Positions 1 through 8,993 of a stretch of 64,000 bases of DNA are shown in pieces (positions within the stretch are counted from its first letter, which is position 1; every line of letters begins with the position of its first letter). Made by a program: the position numbers and the translations under genes. The notes below the pieces were generated by a model. It was not told where the DNA came from and made no database searches. It saw only the letters and a program-made list of their open reading frames with translations. The DNA comes from a virus: positions 1 to 64,000 of IMG/VR virus record IMGVR_UViG_3300046336_000034, one strand, 5' to 3'.

Positions 1-231
1 GATGATGTCTAGGCAATCATCCAATGCTGGCACGAGCATGTAATCCTCAAGAGTCATGCGGTGCTCATCGTAAGCAACTTCACCGCCTAGGGTTGTGGTA
101 AGTTCTTTAAACTCCTCACGTACGTAAGTGTATTGCTCGATGAAAGCTTTTTGTGATAGCTCCTTAGAAGCACCTGAGATATTATTGAACTTCTTAGTAA
201 GTTCATATAACTCGCTGAATTTATTTGTCAT
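1..231 (-). CDS. MazG/PRA-PH-like NTP pyrophosphohydrolase (5' part; runs off the window)
   Basis: Manual translation MTNKFSELYELTKKFNN...VREEFKEL...ALDDCLDII shows an EExxE...DxxD acidic pattern; AGGAG RBS upstream. Confidence 0.55.
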   Translation of the reverse strand, partial: MTNKFSELYELTKKFNNISGASKELSQKAFIEQYTYVREEFKELTTTLGGEVAYDEHRMTLEDYMLVPALDDCLDII

Positions 232-404
232 TTATTCTCCTTTAAAATTTCACAGTCGGTTTTGTAGATAATGTTTGAATAGCCGCCTGCTGCACGAACT
301 AGATAGCTATCATCGTATTCACGGTAAGCTGTAAATATCTCACCGATGTGTGAACTATACCACATAAGTCCATCTAAACATTGTGTGATTCTTATTTTTA
401 TCAT
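228..404 (-). CDS. small hypothetical protein (58 aa)
   Basis: MIKIRITQCLDGLMWY...KENK; AGGAG RBS; ATGA overlap with next gene. Confidence 0.6.
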   Translation of the reverse strand: MIKIRITQCLDGLMWYSSHIGEIFTAYREYDDSYLVRAAGGYSNIIYKTDCEILKENK

Positions 405-470
405 GACTCTCCTTTCAAATTATAAAACCCCAGAGGATTGCTAATCCAATGGGGCTTATTATACCACAGA

Positions 471-2354
471 TTACTCTGTCTTGTAACGATTGATTAAATA
501 TTCTGTCGATACGAAAGCTGGTTCAGCAAAGCCATCTTTAGCTTGGTATAACATCACAATTCCACGGAAATGATTGTTCCCTTGATGTCCCTTGTATGCC
601 TCCTTAAAAGGGTAACTAGCTCCTGCGACAATGCCAATCCGCATTGTGTTGTCCAGCACAGGCTGAATTGCCACGTCAAGGGTCTGCTTGTGTCCTACAC
701 AAAAGGATACACCAACAGCCTTCAACTGACTAGCTGCATTGCCGCCATACGGTTTCCCATTAAAAGGATTGGATAAGTAATGTACGAAATTGATGCCTTG
801 AATATTAACAGGTTTAAGGAAGTCATGTACCTCCCAGTCTTTTTCTAGGTCAAGTAGATGATAGCCGATGAAGCCTTCGAGTTCAGTATTCTCAGAGGGT
901 AGTCGCATAAGACGACAGTTGCCTGTGAAACTAACAACTCCGTCCCTTCGCGTTATAAGTGTGCCATTTTTAGTCTGGATTGCAACAACTGTTCCCTTAG
1001 CAGCAACTTCCTCCACCTTGACATATCGTCTGTTAAATACGCCATTGTCAGCTATAGAGCAACGATACTGTACCTTTGTTTTTGACGGATTAAAACCTGA
1101 CCTGTTCACACCACTATTGAACTTGAAAGGTACTCCATTCATAATACAGGCGAACTGTAGTACATCAACATCTGATTCTGAAGTAGTGACCCATGACAAC
1201 TTGTTGTAATGTCGGCAACCATCTGTCCTACCAATCTCATCTAGTACGATGCGAAGCTGTCGCTCATTCATGTTTTTCCAAATCAGAGGGAAATTTTTAA
1301 CACCGTTTAGTTGCTCAAATATCTTACGTGCAGCGTCAGCATACATGCAAATATAAAACGGCTGTAGATTATTCAGGTTGCTTTTAGTTGCTTCCCGTAG
1401 AGTAAACTCAACTCCCATTCGAGTTAACAATCCCTTCAAGTAATCAATTTTTCTTGTTTTACTGAGCTTAAACTGAACTCGTTTGTTTCTTTCTGATATG
1501 TCAACAATAGTACCATCTGTCACCACCCACGTCAGTAGACGTAACTCATCATCAGATAGTGATACACCGACTTGATTATTCTTCACAGAATACTTCATTC
1601 TTGTCTGATTAACCTTCTCTCCAATAAAGTCCTTAACTGGTACTAATTGATTGTCTACATCTATACGGTGAGTAATAGACACTAACTCATTACTGAAGTC
1701 ACCTTTCACGGAAATAAGTTCCGTGTCGGCAATTGACAGACAATGTAGTGGTTTATCGTAGCTCACAACAGAGGTGGACTGGTCATAACTAGCTACATCA
1801 CTATCTCGGGTAATGTCGGATGCCTTAACCCACCCACTACTGCATAATACCTCTGTAGATTTTTCTACACATTCGTGATTTCCAAGAGTGAACACCATAC
1901 GGGGATTGTAATCAGTGTTAGTCTTTTGGTAATCTCGCAGAGGCGCAAGTAGTCGTTCCATACCTTTGATACCAGCCTCAAGGTCTAGGCGTAGTCTTCG
2001 TCCTTCAAAGGATAACTTCCCTTTATCGTATGAGCTAAGAGATGGAAAGTCAAAAAAATCTCCAGCGTTTACAACTACGTCAGGTTTCTTGTCAATAATG
2101 TATTGACCAATCGCATCAAGGTATTCTAAGTCTTCATTAGGCTTCACCTGACAGTCGGGAACAAACATAATTGTCAAAGCTTCCTTCTGTTCAGTTTTTG
2201 CAAGTTCATCCACTTCTTGATTACGCCCAAGAATGTAATTCACTGTGGACTTTTTCGTTTCTGAACCAAGTACAGATAGTGCAATCTTACGTGAAGCCCA
2301 CCCTAGACCTGAAAGAGTTTTAATTTCATTAATAATCTTATCGCTGTAACTCAA
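471..2354 (-). CDS. calcineurin-like metallophosphoesterase with N-terminal HTH, interrupted by an intein
   Basis: PDCQ, GDFFD, GNHE and GHKQ motifs; ~318-aa insertion right after GNHE. Confidence 0.85.
   Translation of the reverse strand: MSYSDKIINEIKTLSGLGWASRKIALSVLGSETKKSTVNYILGRNQEVDELAKTEQKEALTIMFVPDCQVKPNEDLEYLDAIGQYIIDKKPDVVVNAGDFFDFPSLSSYDKGKLSFEGRRLRLDLEAGIKGMERLLAPLRDYQKTNTDYNPRMVFTLGNHECVEKSTEVLCSSGWVKASDITRDSDVASYDQSTSVVSYDKPLHCLSIADTELISVKGDFSNELVSITHRIDVDNQLVPVKDFIGEKVNQTRMKYSVKNNQVGVSLSDDELRLLTWVVTDGTIVDISERNKRVQFKLSKTRKIDYLKGLLTRMGVEFTLREATKSNLNNLQPFYICMYADAARKIFEQLNGVKNFPLIWKNMNERQLRIVLDEIGRTDGCRHYNKLSWVTTSESDVDVLQFACIMNGVPFKFNSGVNRSGFNPSKTKVQYRCSIADNGVFNRRYVKVEEVAAKGTVVAIQTKNGTLITRRDGVVSFTGNCRLMRLPSENTELEGFIGYHLLDLEKDWEVHDFLKPVNIQGINFVHYLSNPFNGKPYGGNAASQLKAVGVSFCVGHKQTLDVAIQPVLDNTMRIGIVAGASYPFKEAYKGHQGNNHFRGIVMLYQAKDGFAEPAFVSTEYLINRYKTE
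918..1871 (-). mobile_element. intein (318 aa) with LAGLIDADG-type endonuclease domain
   Basis: Starts CVEKSTEVL, ends ITRRDGVVSFTGN followed by +1 Cys; block B ITHRI; LAGLIDADG-like blocks LLTWVVTDG and LDEIGRTDG. Confidence 0.88.
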
Positions 2355-2734
2355 ACTACACCTCCTTTAACTTTAACAATCCCACGTAGAAACTCCTCTA
2401 GTGAACAAGGAACAGGTTCTGCTTCAAAGGCACAATCTTGCGGGTTACCTTGGAACGGAGGACAAGAATCATCAGGGTGACTCCAGTCGTCTTCTGGGTA
2501 TGCACCTTCTGGTATGTAGTAGTTCCCGCTCCATGCGCACTCATCAACCTCGATGTCTGCATTAAGTGCAACAGCGTTATCAGCTACGGTATAGCCAACT
2601 CCACGAGTGAAATCTAAGAAACGAGAGAGGGCTTCAATCCATGTCTCTGATTTAGTAGAGAAAGACTTAGTTGCAATATTCCCCTCTCCGTCGTTATAGG
2701 TGAAGCCCCACGTTGGTTGTGTGTAATCTTGCAT
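2351..2734 (-). CDS. hypothetical protein
   Basis: ORF track; tight operon packing. Confidence 0.65.
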   Translation of the reverse strand: MQDYTQPTWGFTYNDGEGNIATKSFSTKSETWIEALSRFLDFTRGVGYTVADNAVALNADIEVDECAWSGNYYIPEGAYPEDDWSHPDDSCPPFQGNPQDCAFEAEPVPCSLEEFLRGIVKVKGGVV

Positions 2735-3229
2735 TTAATTTACTCCTTTTAGAATGTTACTTATTTTCTTGTATCCATAATCACGGTTTAGGACTATCTT
2801 ACCGAATACATCCTTACGCTCTTTTGAATTTTTACCGTCCAGTTTACCGAACGCTTCTAGCACCGTTCGCTTCTGTCCTTCTGACAACTTATTGAACTGC
2901 ACTTTTAATTGCTTTTGCCACTGAGGATGGCGATACCGCTCATCTGGTGGTTGCTCTAAGTAGGTTGCAGCTTGCCTCAGGAAGTTAGATAGACTACCAG
3001 TATACCAATGGCGTATGTAGCGATTAAAAGCATTTTCGATTTTCCCTAGCATTGAATTAGTTGCACGATTCAAGACACCACGTACAAAGAGGTTCTGGTG
3101 ATTATGGTCAAGAACGTACTGAGATGGGTGCATCAAAGAGAGGGTCAACTTATCAAGCTGCTCCTGCTCTTGGACTAGTAGTTCTCGTATTTCTTTTACG
3201 TCTTTGACGTTGTATAAGTCCTTAGTCAA
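2735..3229 (-). CDS. endonuclease VII-like (Holliday junction resolvase family)
   Basis: VLDHNH..N..VRGVL....N..LG motif; next to exonuclease. Confidence 0.75.
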   Translation of the reverse strand: MTKDLYNVKDVKEIRELLVQEQEQLDKLTLSLMHPSQYVLDHNHQNLFVRGVLNRATNSMLGKIENAFNRYIRHWYTGSLSNFLRQAATYLEQPPDERYRHPQWQKQLKVQFNKLSEGQKRTVLEAFGKLDGKNSKERKDVFGKIVLNRDYGYKKISNILKGVN

Positions 3230-4236
3230 TCCTGCATCTCCTCTACATAGTTCAGTAAGTCAATACCGTATTTTTTAGCAAAATCGTAAAAGACCAATTC
3301 ATCGTCTTTAGTTTCTCGCATCCTAACACACTGATGATAGAGTCCAATCACGAACTTCCAAGTTGGCTGATGTTGCACACCAAAACAATCTTTATAAATG
3401 AACTGTTTAGGATACCATTGAAGATATTTCCCAATAACCAATTGCAATGCTTCTTGCTCCGAGGTGCAGTCTTTAAGCAAATCGTAGGAGCTTTTCTCAC
3501 CAAAGCTAACCTTTGGGTTTGTTAAGTCCGTAGGTTTATAACCATCGACCAAATCTCCGATGAGCATCTGGTGACAGTAATGCAGGAAGCCCAGACCACG
3601 TACTTTACCTTTAGGGTCAATCCAAAGAGAACCAAGCTGCGGGATTTTAACAGTCTCGGGACTCTCCTTGGTGTAATCATAAAGCTTCAGACCCGAGTAG
3701 CAGTTACTATCTTTGTCGTTAGAAACAATAATAACTTCGTACCCTTTAGCTAAGTACTCATAGCCAATATAAATCAAAGCATCATCAGTCTCACAACCAT
3801 CAATCACTTCTGCCTTATATTTACCAATCAAGTAGCTCTTGCACTCTTTCCGAACCAAAGGCTTTAAAGTGTCGTCACGGTTACCTTTGTACTTACGTGG
3901 TAACGGCAACTCGTCTCTAAAATTATTACTTCCAGAAATCAATAACCTCATCTCATCCCACCAAAGGTTTTCCTTCAAGGACTTCATTTGATTCTTCAAT
4001 AGAAAAGTATAGGACATATCCTCGTTCAAAGTCTGCACATCCGTGAAAGTGTAATCCTGCTCAACGTACTCAAAGTCCTTGGCTTTTAAAAACTCCCTGA
4101 ACTCCGTTTTATTCTTAAAGCTTTTAGTCTTTAAGCTTTTATTGTGCAGAACTTCCACCGAACGGGTTTCGCAGATTGCAGAAGTCCTAAAAACGAGGAT
4201 GTCGCCATCAATTAAAACAATACGTTTTTTCTTCAT
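3226..4236 (-). CDS. 5'-3' exonuclease (T7 gp6 / FEN-like)
   Basis: LIDGD, NFR, YKGNR, ETDD, DKD, GDLVDGY motifs. Confidence 0.88.
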   Translation of the reverse strand: MKKKRIVLIDGDILVFRTSAICETRSVEVLHNKSLKTKSFKNKTEFREFLKAKDFEYVEQDYTFTDVQTLNEDMSYTFLLKNQMKSLKENLWWDEMRLLISGSNNFRDELPLPRKYKGNRDDTLKPLVRKECKSYLIGKYKAEVIDGCETDDALIYIGYEYLAKGYEVIIVSNDKDSNCYSGLKLYDYTKESPETVKIPQLGSLWIDPKGKVRGLGFLHYCHQMLIGDLVDGYKPTDLTNPKVSFGEKSSYDLLKDCTSEQEALQLVIGKYLQWYPKQFIYKDCFGVQHQPTWKFVIGLYHQCVRMRETKDDELVFYDFAKKYGIDLLNYVEEMQD

Positions 4237-4442
4237 AGCCGAAGTTGATGATTATTGTTAGATGTAAGCAGGACATTTGCTAATTCTGCGCTACCGTGAG
4301 TTATACCACCATAAAAAGCATCATCGCAATTACCACCACACCAATCATAAGGGTTGAAGTCCTCTGGCAGTGGCTCGTAATCCTCTGCAACTTCACATAG
4401 ACGTGCAAACAAGGTGTCAGAGATTGTGAGAGTAACTGCCAT
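4233..4442 (-). CDS. hypothetical protein
   Basis: ORF track; packing. Confidence 0.6.
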   Translation of the reverse strand: MAVTLTISDTLFARLCEVAEDYEPLPEDFNPYDWCGGNCDDAFYGGITHGSAELANVLLTSNNNHQLRL

Positions 4443-4444
4443 AT

Positions 4445-4675
4445 TTATTCCTCTTCCGCTTTATCCATAATATCAAGGGTGCTCTCCAACTTAGTACGCA
4501 GTTTACCAAGTGCGCCATCTGACATTGCCTTAGCAATTGTTGCTAACTTCGCAGGGTCAAAGCCAGCTTCTTTAGAATCCGTCTTAATTTCGTTTAAGTC
4601 TTCAGTCAAGGTATTGATTTCATTAAACACTCCGACCATCTTCTCAATGAAATTCTTTTCGTTTTGATTACTCAT
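4445..4675 (-). CDS. small dsDNA-binding protein (GapR/DUF2312- or T4 DsbA-like)
   Basis: Helical EINTLTEDLNEIKTDSKEAGFD pattern. Confidence 0.5.
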   Translation of the reverse strand: MSNQNEKNFIEKMVGVFNEINTLTEDLNEIKTDSKEAGFDPAKLATIAKAMSDGALGKLRTKLESTLDIMDKAEEE

Positions 4676-4695
4676 ATATTTCTCCTTTATTTTGT

Positions 4696-4887
4696 TTACT
4701 TAAATTTCGGTGCAATTGTTACAGCAGAAAGCCAGAACGCTGCAAACCACGTACTGAATGTGTACGCAATATTTAAACTGAAGATTGTATTAATACTCCA
4801 GATTGAAACCAGCGGTGCAAAAATTGCCAACGCCACAAGTGCCAAGAACCCCAGAACTATCATTGCGTTTTTAGATGTATTTCCCAT
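4696..4887 (-). CDS. small membrane protein
   Basis: Two hydrophobic segments; AGGAG RBS. Confidence 0.6.
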   Translation of the reverse strand: MGNTSKNAMIVLGFLALVALAIFAPLVSIWSINTIFSLNIAYTFSTWFAAFWLSAVTIAPKFK

Positions 4888-4985
4888 ATTTTTCTCCTTA
4901 TTGATTTAAAAGCCCTAGGAGACGATTTAGCAGCTACAAGCTACCTGTGCATCACCTAGGGTAAATTGAACTAACCTAAACCTGT

Positions 4986-5996
4986 TTAAAACGGTGAGCC
5001 ATCGTCATCTTCTACTGGCTGCACCTTTGGTTTACGTGGTGTAGACACTTTAACTGGTTCAGGTTTAACAACTGGTGCATCTTCTTCCTCTTGAGCTTCT
5101 TCAGCTTTAGTATTAGAAGAATAGCTAGGTCGTGCAGCTTCAAGTTGCTTCTGAATTGGACTACCCTCGTAGTTCTTAGCTGCCTTGATTGTGTTCACAA
5201 CATGAGCACGAACTTCCTTGAGCATTTTTTCATCATTCTTTTCGTTGAATTGAATAATGAATGTCTCTGTCGGTAATTCTGGGGCAGTTTGTCCACGTCC
5301 AAGACCGGATTTAAAGGCAACCTTTTCTGTAAGATATTCCTTACCGTCTTTACCTTTCTTCATAAAGATTTGAGCTTCAAACTGAAATGCTTGACCTACC
5401 AACTGGTCAATGTCTTGAGGAAGGAACACACCGTCAGGTTGAATAATCTTAGCAGCTACCGCCATCTTGAAAAATAAGTGCAAGTTCGCAAATGTCCACT
5501 GTCCTTTAGTGTTTTTACCGATACGCATTGGTGTAGGTCGTGCAACGACTTGTCCACCTAGGGCACTATTGTAAAAATTACCACCGAGCCACATACGTAA
5601 AGGTTTAGTCTCACCTGATGTATCACCAAAGAATTGACCCTTGTCGAGTTGAATCTCAGGAAAGTCGATTGCTACTGCAACGGATTGAATCTCTTTTTGA
5701 GGGTAACATTTCAGACGGCAAGGTTTACCTGTGTCTGGGTCTACACCATCTTTAAAGTACGTTGCTGGTTTATCATCAATTGCGTCAGATTCGTCCTCTG
5801 CTGTACCAGTGAAGACCAGTTCAGCATCTTCACGGTACTGTAAACCTAAGTCAACAATTCCTGCTACAACGCCCACCAAAACTTCGGGTTTTTCAAGTTG
5901 TGCTGTTTCAACGATGTATTTATTCAGTGCGTTAAAATCCACCTTGGACTTGCGCCCTTCATTTGTGTTACCTGTACCATATACGCCAAAAGCCAT
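4986..5996 (-). CDS. putative ssDNA-binding protein
   Basis: Follows DNA polymerase; acidic tail ending DDDGSPF. Confidence 0.6.
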   Translation of the reverse strand: MAFGVYGTGNTNEGRKSKVDFNALNKYIVETAQLEKPEVLVGVVAGIVDLGLQYREDAELVFTGTAEDESDAIDDKPATYFKDGVDPDTGKPCRLKCYPQKEIQSVAVAIDFPEIQLDKGQFFGDTSGETKPLRMWLGGNFYNSALGGQVVARPTPMRIGKNTKGQWTFANLHLFFKMAVAAKIIQPDGVFLPQDIDQLVGQAFQFEAQIFMKKGKDGKEYLTEKVAFKSGLGRGQTAPELPTETFIIQFNEKNDEKMLKEVRAHVVNTIKAAKNYEGSPIQKQLEAARPSYSSNTKAEEAQEEEDAPVVKPEPVKVSTPRKPKVQPVEDDDGSPF

Positions 5997-6093
5997 AATA
6001 TTTCTCCTTTATTTAAATTGTGTCAAAATTGACTGGATAGTTTTTAAAGAACTATAAAACTTATAAGAACTATTCCAATTGTAATGCTGCACC

Positions 6094-6276
6094 TCAACTC
6101 CTTGGTTTAGCAATATTACTAAGATTCTTCATAAAATCCTCAACTGCCTCTGCTGTATAAGGTTTATCCTTGTCACTGAGCTGACCACCCATTGTAACAA
6201 CATCAGCTACGATACCAACTGGTACAGTTACTGCCGCTGATACTGTTTTCACTACATCTTCTAAAAATCCGAACAT
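6094..6276 (-). CDS. hypothetical protein (60 aa)
   Basis: Start moved to ATG 6276 (MFGFLED) behind AGGAG; -10 box upstream. Confidence 0.6.
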   Translation of the reverse strand: MFGFLEDVVKTVSAAVTVPVGIVADVVTMGGQLSDKDKPYTAEAVEDFMKNLSNIAKPRS

Positions 6277-6353
6277 ATTTACTCCTTTTTCTAAAAACAT
6301 TATTATAACACAAAGTTATATGTTTGTGGTTGTTTATTTGCAACAGGTGTGTA

Positions 6354-8477
6354 TTAATGCACATTTTGCCAAGTACCTTCAAAAGCCATTTTACCCTCTG
6401 CTGCTAATGGTAATGCTAACTTTAGGACTTCGCCAGCCTTAACAATACCTTTTACACTTAACTCTCTAATCCTGTCTTGTACACCGTCTTCAACCTCCCA
6501 AGAATATTCATCATGGAAGAAGGATACCCTCTTAACTTTCTTATTCTCATATAAATAGTAAGGCCTACCCAGTTCATCAAGGTAGAAGTCCCCTAACCAA
6601 TTATCCATCAAGCATGCTGCATAGGACATCGAGATTGCGCCGCAACCTTGCCCTAAACAGGAAAGTAAAACATTCTTACCTCGTACAGATACAACCCTAC
6701 CATCAATTGCAGGAATGTATTTCTTATTCCCTGTAGTGTCGTAATAACCCTCTACCGCTTTCTTCAGTAACCCAAGACCCTTATTCTTCTCCCAGTAGTT
6801 ATTAAAAGCTGCTTGTCCATCGGACTTGGATAACCCAAGACTTGAAGCCAGTTTAGGTGCGCCACCACCGAAAGCTAGCAGGTATGCACCAGTCTTGGCT
6901 TTATTTCGCCAAGGTTTGAACTCAGGGTTTTCCTTATTCTCTTGGTTATCAATATCAAACTTCTTCAATAAGTGAGGGAAGAAGGCAAAAGCATTAAATG
7001 AGTGTGGGTCGCCCTCTAACTGAACTCTTGCAAACTCCCCGTTGTCGTACTTGTATGTGTACCCTGCTAGGGTTCTATTTTCTAAGGCAGAAGCGTCTGT
7101 TCCAATGTACCAGTTACCCTTATCTACACAGAATAATTCTCGCATCTCGTGACCAAGTAGAACATCATCAGCCGCCTTTGGTACATTGACAACTAGCTTG
7201 TGCTTAACCCTTGATGTAGGTGCATAACCTGAAATCTCAGCACTAAGTCTACCATCAAACTCCAGTCTCCAATTGTTCAACCAACCAGTAATAACACCTA
7301 ATCGGTTTCGATAACTCAGAAACTTAACAACCTTCTTAGGTACATCGCCATCGAGTTCTAGAAGATTAGGGCAGAGTTTACCTGCATGATTAATCTTTGG
7401 TGTAGTCTTGATGAACTTATTATTAGCATCCCGAACAGGTTTACCATCTGCGCCCTTCTTCACATTCCAATAATCTGTTGATGGTGTCCATCCACTATTA
7501 ATAAAGTATTGTTTTAATTCCGCATTATCGGCAATCTCCATAGGAAGTTTAACTGGTAATACAGCGTTACTTTCAACTGGGACTTCAAAGCCGTACGCTT
7601 TAATAGTTCGCCCTTCGATTGTAGCGTTATGTTTTTCTAAGAACTTAATCATACTAGCAGACATTTCACCTGACATTGTAAAAGGTTTAGCTGGCTGTTT
7701 ATAGTAAGCCATCTCAACAGTCTTTAGTGGGCGCGGGGGTAATAACGGGTCAACATAATCCTTGAGAAGTTTCATCTCTTCTTCAATATGCTCAACCAGC
7801 TTCAGTGCTTTATCTTTATCAAACTTTACACCTGTGTATGCTTGTGCGGTATATAGGAAATAGTCCTTCTGCATCTGACGAAAGCTAGGGTGTAGCCAAG
7901 ACTCCCCATACATTTCTTGTGCCTGTTTCCATAGACCTTCTGCTACACGAATAGTAGCATCTACGTCACGGTCACAGTAGGTTTGCAGGAATGGATGATA
8001 GAAAGAGAACTCGAAACCTTTAGGCTCGTCTCCAGTCATTTTACCTACTTCAATTAACTTCTTACGGTAATCTATCTTACCATCGTCTTCCTCAGAGCCA
8101 GATAAAGCACCTAAAGAATGCCTAGGTGAGTTCGGGTTTAAGAACATGCTCAGCACATAGCAGTCCACAAATTGAACGTGCTTATCCTCTAGCCAGTCCT
8201 TACCTTGCTTACCTACACGAGGTTGTATACCTAGAAGTTTCCAAAGCATCCACGTATCGTAGCCTAGACCATTATGTGTAACAACGTGAGCACCGTCCTC
8301 AAAGGAGTCAATCCACTCCATGACCTGATTGCAGTTCTCTTCCTTTGGATTACGAAAAGGTAGGATTTTCATTTGACGTGAACCGTCAAGGGATTTAAAT
8401 CGAATGTACCAAATCTTTGTTGACTGAAGATAAAGATTATCTGCCTCAATATCAAATGACCAACCTTTTAGCTCCAT
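6354..8477 (-). CDS. DNA polymerase family A with 3'-5' exonuclease
   Basis: ExoI FDIE, ExoII HNGLGYD, ExoIII YCDRD; motif A DASALE, motif B RNKAKTGAY, motif C HDE. Confidence 0.95.
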   Translation of the reverse strand: MELKGWSFDIEADNLYLQSTKIWYIRFKSLDGSRQMKILPFRNPKEENCNQVMEWIDSFEDGAHVVTHNGLGYDTWMLWKLLGIQPRVGKQGKDWLEDKHVQFVDCYVLSMFLNPNSPRHSLGALSGSEEDDGKIDYRKKLIEVGKMTGDEPKGFEFSFYHPFLQTYCDRDVDATIRVAEGLWKQAQEMYGESWLHPSFRQMQKDYFLYTAQAYTGVKFDKDKALKLVEHIEEEMKLLKDYVDPLLPPRPLKTVEMAYYKQPAKPFTMSGEMSASMIKFLEKHNATIEGRTIKAYGFEVPVESNAVLPVKLPMEIADNAELKQYFINSGWTPSTDYWNVKKGADGKPVRDANNKFIKTTPKINHAGKLCPNLLELDGDVPKKVVKFLSYRNRLGVITGWLNNWRLEFDGRLSAEISGYAPTSRVKHKLVVNVPKAADDVLLGHEMRELFCVDKGNWYIGTDASALENRTLAGYTYKYDNGEFARVQLEGDPHSFNAFAFFPHLLKKFDIDNQENKENPEFKPWRNKAKTGAYLLAFGGGAPKLASSLGLSKSDGQAAFNNYWEKNKGLGLLKKAVEGYYDTTGNKKYIPAIDGRVVSVRGKNVLLSCLGQGCGAISMSYAACLMDNWLGDFYLDELGRPYYLYENKKVKRVSFFHDEYSWEVEDGVQDRIRELSVKGIVKAGEVLKLALPLAAEGKMAFEGTWQNVH

Positions 8478-8486
8478 GTAACTCCT

Positions 8487-8993
8487 TTAAATTGTTGTAT
8501 CTCTGTAATATTCCCCGAAAACCTCTATAGTGAAACTAACGTAGGCAGCAAACGCTTCCTCAGGAGTGTCGAATAGTCCTATATACTTTTTCTTGCCATC
8601 TACTTGAGCTTGTGCTTTCCACTTATTTGTGATAGAACACCAGCTTACACCTTTATAACCCGACTTGTTATCTTTTCTTTTTGCAACATTTTTATTATTC
8701 CCACTCTGAGAAGTAACTCTCAAATTACGAATAGCATTGTTACTTGGATTACCATCTATATGGTCAACACCTGTAGATGGAAATTCACCATAAGTATATA
8801 ACCAAGCTAGCCTATGTGAGCGATATAGTTTACTGTCTATACCTATAGATATGTACCCAAGTTTACTGACTGTACCTGCTACTGTTCTGATAGCTCCCCG
8901 ATGAGATTTGTTTACCCTCCAAGTAAACACTCCACTCTCAGGATTATACTCTAAAATCTCTTTCAAATACTCTTGTGTTAAAACTTTATTCAT
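8487..8993 (-). CDS. HNH-AP2 homing endonuclease
   Basis: HRLAWLY, DHIDGNPSNNAIRNLR, SGYKGV AP2 domain. Confidence 0.9.
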   Translation of the reverse strand: MNKVLTQEYLKEILEYNPESGVFTWRVNKSHRGAIRTVAGTVSKLGYISIGIDSKLYRSHRLAWLYTYGEFPSTGVDHIDGNPSNNAIRNLRVTSQSGNNKNVAKRKDNKSGYKGVSWCSITNKWKAQAQVDGKKKYIGLFDTPEEAFAAYVSFTIEVFGEYYRDTTI

